A DNA stretch of 64,000 nt. Source: Clostridiales bacterium Firm_09 (lineage in GTDB: Bacteria > Bacillota > Clostridia > Christensenellales > DTU072). Below are positions 45,886 through 54,800 of the stretch, in pieces. The stretch covers positions 45,571 to 109,570 of the forward strand of contig LVAO01000012.1 of assembly GCA_001604065.1 (NCBI GenBank), given 5' to 3'. The position numbers and the translations under genes are program-made. The stretch's first letter is position 1. Every line of letters starts with the position of its first letter. The notes beneath the pieces were generated by a model that saw nothing but the letters and a program-made list of their open reading frames with translations, was not told the origin of the DNA and did no database searches.

Positions 45886-48800
45886 CTACCTTAATATTCG
45901 GCCTCTTCTCGCAACAGCCGCCATCCTTGCGGCGCGGCTTGCGGCTTTTGCTTCAGCATACTGATTTGCCCCATAAATATAACGCGCCATGCCGGGAATC
46001 CTCTTGCGGCGGCGAACAGGCGCAAATGCGAACAAAAAGAACGCGCCAATGATTATCATTAGTATTCCGCCGCCTACCACAATTATCCAGTAAGGGAAGT
46101 CGTTGGTATAGAAGATGATTTCACCGGACCGATCGGCATAAAACGTCATATAGTCTCCTTCGCGGATGAATTGTATATTCTCCTGAGACAAATCGCCCAA
46201 AGGTTTTACTTCCAAGGTTGGCGAATTGCGGTATTTTTCGGGAATCAGCACATGGAACTTAACTTTCTTATCAAGGACGACATCGGCGCCCAACTCTTTG
46301 ATAGAGATGGTCTGCACAATGGCAGTCTGCCCGAATAAACTGGAGAAGAAATTGGATTTATTCTGCGCAGAATAGACTTTCTCAAAAGAAACCGTGACGT
46401 TGGAGGAGAATCCTTCGTCGCAGGAAATATAAGAGCTTGTCTTGGGGTCCGTGATTACCTTCTGGTTGATCTTGACGGTTCCATTGAAGACGGGCGGAAT
46501 AACATTGTAATTGGATGCATGCAATCCGCTTATTTCCCAGGTCAATATCTCGACGCCGTATACTCCCGGCTCTGTCTCGCCGTTTTTTGTGCGGGCGGTC
46601 ATGGCAAGCCGTACCTCGTCGCCTACGATAAGACCCGTCAGCGTGCCGCTGACCGCAATAATATCCGTGCCGTCATACGGCTTGTTTACCACCTGGATGT
46701 TGTCAATGGTAATATCCTTTTTATAAATATAGAACATGCTTGTTTTTTCTGCCGGATAGAAGTTCTCATCGTTGACAACCACTTTTATGCGGTGCGTGCC
46801 TGCGGTTGTCGGCATGGACTCATAACCCGGGAAAGAAATGGTGTATGCGATATTGGCCGGACGTGTGACAACGGTCGGAACCTTCACCTTGCCGTACACC
46901 AGATTGATCAATGTCGACGCGTCAAAATCCAGATATTCCACCCTCGCCTTAGTGATGTCGTAATTGGGACGAACCGCCGCGGAATCAATATAATAATCCT
47001 CGTTTTCCAGCACCGCGTAGACAGTATATTCTCCGACATTCTCCGGCAGCGTCCTCCATACCGTAGAAGAACTGCTGTCGCGTTTGATGTATCGGTAAGA
47101 AAGACCGGCTTCGATGACGGAGATCCTCTGCAGGTCCTGCGGCAGGATGCTCGCTGTCAAAAGCCTTGCCCGGGCTGCCTTGGTTGCCGCATAGGTATAG
47201 CTGTACCATGTCGTGGCCTGGGAGTCTTCATCGTAGAACTCGATCTGCGCCTTGCGTTTGTTGATGGATACGTTATACACCAGCTCTCCGGTATAATTGG
47301 CATCATTGATTCTGGCGGTGTACATATATGTTCCGGCTGATGGCGTTTTGTTGAAAATGCCCTCGGAGGACATATATTGTGCGTTTGAAACGACAAGACC
47401 CAGCGGTGAGGTTCTGAAGGTAAGCTCGGGAAGCGTATCGCCGTAAACAAAGGAGGTTACGTTGCCGTATTTCATGCTTAAGCTGTCATATACAGTGATG
47501 GTCGCGGACGCCTTCATCAGTACCACTTCGATGGTGCTTTCGTAAATCTCATAATTTGCGGTATCCGTTGGAACAAAGCGGTACGGCATCGAATAATACG
47601 TACCGAGAATGCTGCTGATCTGACCGTCCGGGGATACATACGGCACAAATTGATACGGATTGCTGTTATCCGAAACACCACCCATTTCTACGCTGGCTCC
47701 CAGAAGGGTCAACCCCGTATAGGTAAAGCGGAAGGAGCCCGCAATCTCGGTATTGTTGGCAGGATTGATTGCGCGTCCCCCCACAAATGCTCCGTAAGAA
47801 AGGGACTGTCCGTATGTCAGCGCGCCGACAGTCGGCGCAACCACATCGTTATCGGTTATGACAGCTTTTGTAATCGTGAAGCTGACGGTTGAAGAACCTT
47901 CATAATTGCCGTCGCTGATTTTCATGACAACCTCATAGGTGCCTGCGGACTTAGGCTTATTGACGCCCTGCCTCAGTCCATTTATATATTGATAATAACT
48001 GTATGTGACGGCAAGATTGCTGACCGGATTGGTGCGTATCACCGGCTGCTGCTCCAATCCATTATAAGGCAGCGTCAACTGAATGCTTTCTATGGATGCC
48101 GCAGCCTTGAGAATCTTGATGGAAACGCCGGAAATCTCAGCCTCCGCATAATTTGGATTGGTGGGTACGAACACCAGCGTAACACTCCTGTCTCCCGCCG
48201 GCAGATCGTTTTTTTGCGGCTCTTTGAAGAAGAATTGACCCTGGACGTCCGAACCATCAAGATCCAGCACCGCAGCGCCGCCCGAAATAACAGCATTATA
48301 AAGTTCCTGTCCGTAAATCAGATTGGACACGACGGGCACTGCAGTGATATTGACTTTTAATTGGGTAATATCCATACGGACTTCACCCTGCCCCTCCGCA
48401 AGCACATAGTTCGTACCGGTCAGAATAATCTGCGCTTTATAGCTGCCGGCATTGACAGGTGTATCATCAAGCATTCTCCATCCGGTGCCCGTATTTGCAT
48501 AATACCGGATAATATAGCCGATATTGGACATCGCATTGCCGGAACCCGGTGATATTGTGAACATCGGATTGATGACAATGGCTTCTCCGAATTCAAAACT
48601 GTATGCCGCTTCCAGACTGACATAAATCTGCATCGCCGTGACAGTATACGGGAACTCCTGTCCTCCTTGATTGAAAGGATGGGTGGACAAAAAGGTTGCT
48701 CTGACAATGTAGCTGCCTGCGGCAACGGGTGCGCTCTGACCATAATCGATGTACTTGTCTGCAGAATAATAGGTCAGCTTGATTTCGCTTTCGTCCGCAG

Positions 48801-51800
48801 GATAATAAAGTGCTATCTTATATATTGCGGGATCCGAGGCAATGCCGCCCTGCGGAGAAGAAGAATAAATGGTAAACGGAATCACCACCGATGCTCCGGG
48901 CGCATCCGAAATGCCCATCGCCGCATTCTGAACCAGAGAAATTGTCAGACGGTACGTGCCCGGCATCGTCGCCGAAAGCACGGTTTCATAAAGAGAAGTC
49001 GACGTATTGTACCGCTGTATCTTCGTGATTTCATATGCCGGAAGGTCCTCGGTATCGATAAACCCGATGCCAAGATATTCTGCGGTCAGCGGCGCCCCGT
49101 CATATACTTTGCCTGCACGAGCGATCCCGAAAAAGTACTTTTTATATTGGTAATATACATTGAGATCTCCCGCCGTCTGACCGTATACGGTGTTGTTGCC
49201 TGTGATATGAATGAGATTGCTGTCCTCAGAAAGTCCTCCGTCAAATTCTTTCTTTTCTATCACATAATCAAATAGGCAGCGGCCATCGTACGTCATGGAT
49301 GTTTCTTCGTCCTGCACGTCATCAAAAACAAGTATTTCTACTTGATAGGTGCCCGGATCGCGCATTTCGGAGACCTGTATACCGTTTTTGTAGATTATCA
49401 TCCGGAACACGGAAAGATCGAGCTGTTCCTCGGTTCCGACCAGTCGGATATCAAGATTTTCAAGCGTCACCGGCTCTGCATCATATTTTTTTGATTGATT
49501 GGCAACATAGAAGTTTTCGCTGCCCAGATAAACATAAGTACGTATCTGGGTCAGTATTTCCAGAGGTTCATAATTTGGATGGCTGACAACCAGCTTGCAG
49601 GAATATGTTTCTTTGGAGTTCAGAATAATCTGATTCAAATCGGCGATATCCTCAATGGCATAGGTTGCTCCTTGAACTTTCAAAGAAGGATACAGGCTGT
49701 GCCATAAGTCAATATGAATATTGTTTACCGCGCTGCCCAAGGTCTCTCCCACATATCCTTTAATAAGAAGGGTATCCGGATTGTAACTCATTTCTGCCGT
49801 TCTTATATCGATATTGACAGAACCGTCGTATATGATGTTGTACACATCGGTGTTGTCCGGTATAAACATATAGCTTGCCTTCGCTCCCACGTCTACGATC
49901 TGCGTGCTGTCGGTCCAGCGGATTTGTCCGGGAACGGTAGACGTCGTATAGGTCAGGATGGATTGGCTGAGCGGCTGTCCATAATAGATTGAAGTGGCAG
50001 ACACCCCCGCCACAGACACATCGATGCCCAGCACGCGCACCTCAATCTGGAACAGCGCAATATCATAGGTGCTTAAAGAAGAAGGTGTAAACACCACCCA
50101 GACCTTATGATAGTTTGCCTTATCCATCACCAAATCGGGATCGCGGAAGGAGAACGTGCCTGCAATGCTGCGGAGCTGATTTTCATTTTCGCTTCCAGCG
50201 ATATAGGCAAGACCCGATGTCAGTCTGGATTCTGACAATGCGGAGCCTACGGGGATCGGGGATGCGGATGGCGCTTTTATTGCGGGTTTGGCTCTGTCGA
50301 TGATCAATGTGCCGGCAAGCGACTGCCCCTGGTAATTGGCATCCGATAGTTCGGCAACGATCGCATACGTTCCGACATTGGTCGGCAGCGTATAGGTGCC
50401 GTTATATTTAATACGTATCGTGAGCGCTCTGCCGTTATTATAAGAACTCTCAATCCCGGCCGCCTGCGCGTCCAGCCAGGCCGTGCAGCTTATCTGCTGC
50501 TGAGTAAACGCTTTATGAATTTCTACGCCATTTGCCCAACTGAGCAGCACACCGTTATCTGTAAAATAGAGATACTGTCCGATATCCTTTTTGCTGATGG
50601 TCAATGTTATGGTGCCGGTCGGCTGAATATAATTGATATCGGCTTTCCCGTTCTTCATCGGTATGAATCGGACGGTCACATTGCCATAAGTGCCAACTTT
50701 AAGAGAAGAAATATCCGACACTATCTGCCATATGCCGGAAACCGTAGTGCCCGATGCCGCAAAGCGCACCTGTCCTGTCCCGGGTACAAATGCAACCGGC
50801 TCGGTTTGTCTGTAAACCACATTGCCTGCAACCGCGGGCATCGTATCTATGATGAGGGTGGCCGGATTGATGCGGAGGGTAGGCTTGACATAATCTCCCA
50901 GCTGATAATCGTTGTCATTGAGCGTAATGGTCAGCACATAGAACCCTACGGACACCGGTCGGTTGTAGCTGTCAAATACCACGTCCGATACATCCGTCTT
51001 GGGTACCGGAGCGCCGCCGACCAGTGTCGGAACAACCTGCCCGTCCGAAATCGTGAATTCGCAAGGCGTATACTTATATACCGCCGTCAGATAAGAAGGA
51101 GAAAATACGGGAACAATCGCAAAACCGCTGCCGTTGTAGACAACGCTTCTGTTCTGGCTTCCGGAAGGTATCGTCATGACCGCATAGGCCTTTGAAATGC
51201 GCATGAACAATGGGAAATTGGGTGTGAGCGGTACTTCGGCGACTTTATCCTCATATTCCCCTTGATAAGACTGCATGATGGTCAGATTGACGGCGGGGTC
51301 TGTCAGATTGATGCCGTCCTGCACTGCGCTGAACACATCGATTTCTTTGTAATAGCCGTTTTCGTTGATGATGATGCGGACCTGGTATCTTCCGGCGTCC
51401 TTGGGTCTTGTCTCGCTGAAGAGGCCGATCAGATTGTTTTCGTCGTCGCGCTGCTCCGATCTGTAACGTACAGAATAGGATACCCCGGAAGGAACCACCT
51501 GAATGCCGATCTGCTTCTGTGCATCGTCATAAACATAATTCCAGTTCGTTATCGTGATAGAGGAAGGAATAATATAATAATTTATGTTCGCGGTGCCCTG
51601 ATAATTGTTCTCCGTAATCGTAATTTTTGCAATGTATCTGCCGACATCGGAAGGCACCTGATCGTACATGGATACGCCCGTATAGCGATAATATTGTATA
51701 GTGTATTTTATCGGTCCCGAATCGCCGGCATAACCGTCAAAATTGAGGCTTCCGAAGCCCTGGCTTTCACCGTTGTAAAAATAATACCTTTCTGCGAAAG

Positions 51801-54800
51801 CGATGTCTATGGTTTGCTTGGCAATGACCAGAGTCGTTGTCAGCGAGCCCGAATAATTGGGGAAATTGTCCAGCACTCTTATCGTCACTCTGTAAGAACC
51901 TGCTTCCGAAGGCGCCTTGGGATACACAATCTGGCCATCCAAAGAAGTATACGTCACTGTAGAATATTGCTTGATGTTCTCGTTGCCCGGATATGTGATG
52001 TTGTAATCTACCGGACGCTCGCTTCCGTTGTAAACAGTGCTGAGGGTCTCGGGTACGGGTACGATAGAAACGTCTTTGGTATTCTTATTAATTTTATATT
52101 CCCAGGTTAGATAATACACATTGTAGTAATCATACAATGTGCTGTCTGTGGGATAGAATTGCAAATCACGCCTTACCGGCTGGCCGGGAATATCCGCATG
52201 GGGCTTGTAGGTTTCGTCACCAGCCTGTGGAACAAGCCTGAAGACGCCGGAATACGCTGTACGCGTATACGGATTCTGCACCTGACCATTATAAAAATCG
52301 ATATCGGCAATCAGAACGCCGTATTCGACAACCTCCTGTGTGGGGTTGGACAAAATGCTCAGCGTTCCGCGGTGAATGACAAAATTATCAAAAACTCCGT
52401 TGCCCATGTAGTCATTGCTGGTGATATTGACGGTCAGAACATAATCCGATGCAGGCATGGCGGATACATAAGTTGTCATTCCCAGATTGGAAGAAATGTT
52501 GACTGTCTGTCCGTTCCTCGTATAAACATATTCCAGCATGTTCCGGATATCGCCCTGGAGATAGACTTTCTGATCCCCGTTCATATAATAAATCCTGCAT
52601 TCCGGAACGGTATACAGATTTCCGTAGGTCAATTCCCTGGATATTCCTGAACCCAGCTCAACATACGCCTGCATGGCGTTGACGGTAAGCGGAATCCTGA
52701 TATTGGTGAGCGGCCGGTAATTGTTGACGTCCACCGGCGTGAACGTGCAGGGAATCTCATGGATACCTTTTGAAAAAATGACGCTGGCGTAACTCGCATC
52801 GTATCTGATCGTATAGGTTCCGTTCGCCATGCCGCGATCAGGGTATCCTTCCTCAGGATAGCCTGTCGCAGGGGCAACCGGTTTCCCGATCAGAGTATGT
52901 CCGGCGCCAAAAGGCGTGCCGTATATAATGGGAGTAAAGGACATCCGGGACAAATCCGCCGTCGCCCTGGCGACAACCAGACTGACGCTGTATTCCATCA
53001 GATCAAAGTTGATGTTGGGCACGAACACACCGTCATGCCACTCTCCCGCCTGCCAGAACAAACGGATCGAGTAGCTGCTGACAACCCTGTTGTCGTATGC
53101 ATCGTATCGCACAGGCAGAATATACCTTCCCAGATAATCTTCATGGAGAATGACTTGGCCGGATGGATCGGATGCATAAAGAACATTGTATCGCGCGCAT
53201 ATTTCTGATTCGGTTTCAAAAAGAAACCTTCCATAAATCGTCGTCGATACTCCGGCGAGCACATAAGTTGCCGTATCGGATACGCCGCTCAGAAGGTTCG
53301 CCTTCCTGTCCTCTATGGTCTGGCCGTACTCAATATGCCCCTGGGTCGAGTCTCCCAGATAGCTCTGCAGAGAACCGTCCTTGTTGTATACCGCATATTC
53401 TGAATTCAGGCGGGGTGTCGGCTGACTGATGTCGGTAATCAGCGCTTTCTGGATCACCAATAAAACAAACACCGTGCCTTCATTGTTCGCGTCATTGACG
53501 CGGATCCGCAAGGCATACGTTCCGACCTCAAGGTCTTTGGGGAACATTGCTGCGGTATAATCCTGGCTGTATACAGCAGCGGACTCCGGCACAATGTCGC
53601 CGTTATAATATTTTACCTGCATGTAAGAATAGACATACGCCACATTCAGCGTCCCGCCGCCGGGTATGTTCGCCGTTGGTTTGGGTAAAAGCTGCGCATT
53701 CGTCTTTCCGTATTTGATCGTATAATATTTGTCAAATTGCTGTTGGGCATAGGTTTCGGGAGGGATGGAATTGTAGTTGACCGGCGTCAGTTCAAGTTCC
53801 CTCTTTTCTATAATGACCTTGGAAAACAATATTTTACTGCTCATGTAGTTGCAGGCGGAAGCATCGATATAATAGGTGATGCGATATTCCCCTGCGTTCA
53901 TGATGTTGTTGTATACCGTCCCTTCGTCTATGTATCCGCCGACATATGGATTGTAGTAATACCGTACCGGAAGACCTTCAATCACCGTTTGGTTGACTCT
54001 GGTGATAAAAACAATATCCTTGTACGTGCCGGTATAATCCAGCACAAGCGTGTTTTCTGCATTGATGCCTTCAATCTCAAGGTCGGCTTCGGCGTTCATC
54101 ACCGTAATATAAATGGTATGTGTGGTGGAATCAAAATTCCCGCTGTGATACATTCCTTTTTTAAGAACATAAACGCCGTTTACGTAATCGTAATAATCAT
54201 GTAAAGGACCGGGATTGCCGTTTACGGTCAAGAAGTTTTCATGAATCACCTGCTGCGTGAATACTGCCGTATCCGTAAGAGCAATGGGATTGAAGCGCAC
54301 TTCCACCCTCATATTGGAGGAAACATTGGGGAGCATATAATCCAGAGAGTTATGCGCCGGATAAATGATTTCATATGTCCCCAATACGCCGGATTTCGTC
54401 TCAAAATAATCCACACCTTTAATATTGAATTTCGCATTGATGATGTCTGCGCCGCTTGCATTCTGACTGATAAAGCTCAGATCATCCAGACTTTCGCCGT
54501 AAACAATGCCCGGGCTGTAAAGTCCCGTCACCTGGGGATTTGCCTTGATGATTTTGTAATATCCGGATTTTGTGCCAAAATACAGCGTCGTCGTCGTCAC
54601 GTCAATCGTGATTGTATAATAATATTCTCCGACATCCACCAGTCCGTTGTTAAGCCCGGAGCCTTCTTTATACATGGTTGTCTGATAGATTGTCTGCCCG
54701 TTGACAACATATTGCGTCATTTGGAGAATATGATAGCTGCCCTGTCCGGCAATTATAATGGTGTTATTGAGACTCAGCAGGCCTGTATAATTGTAGCGGT

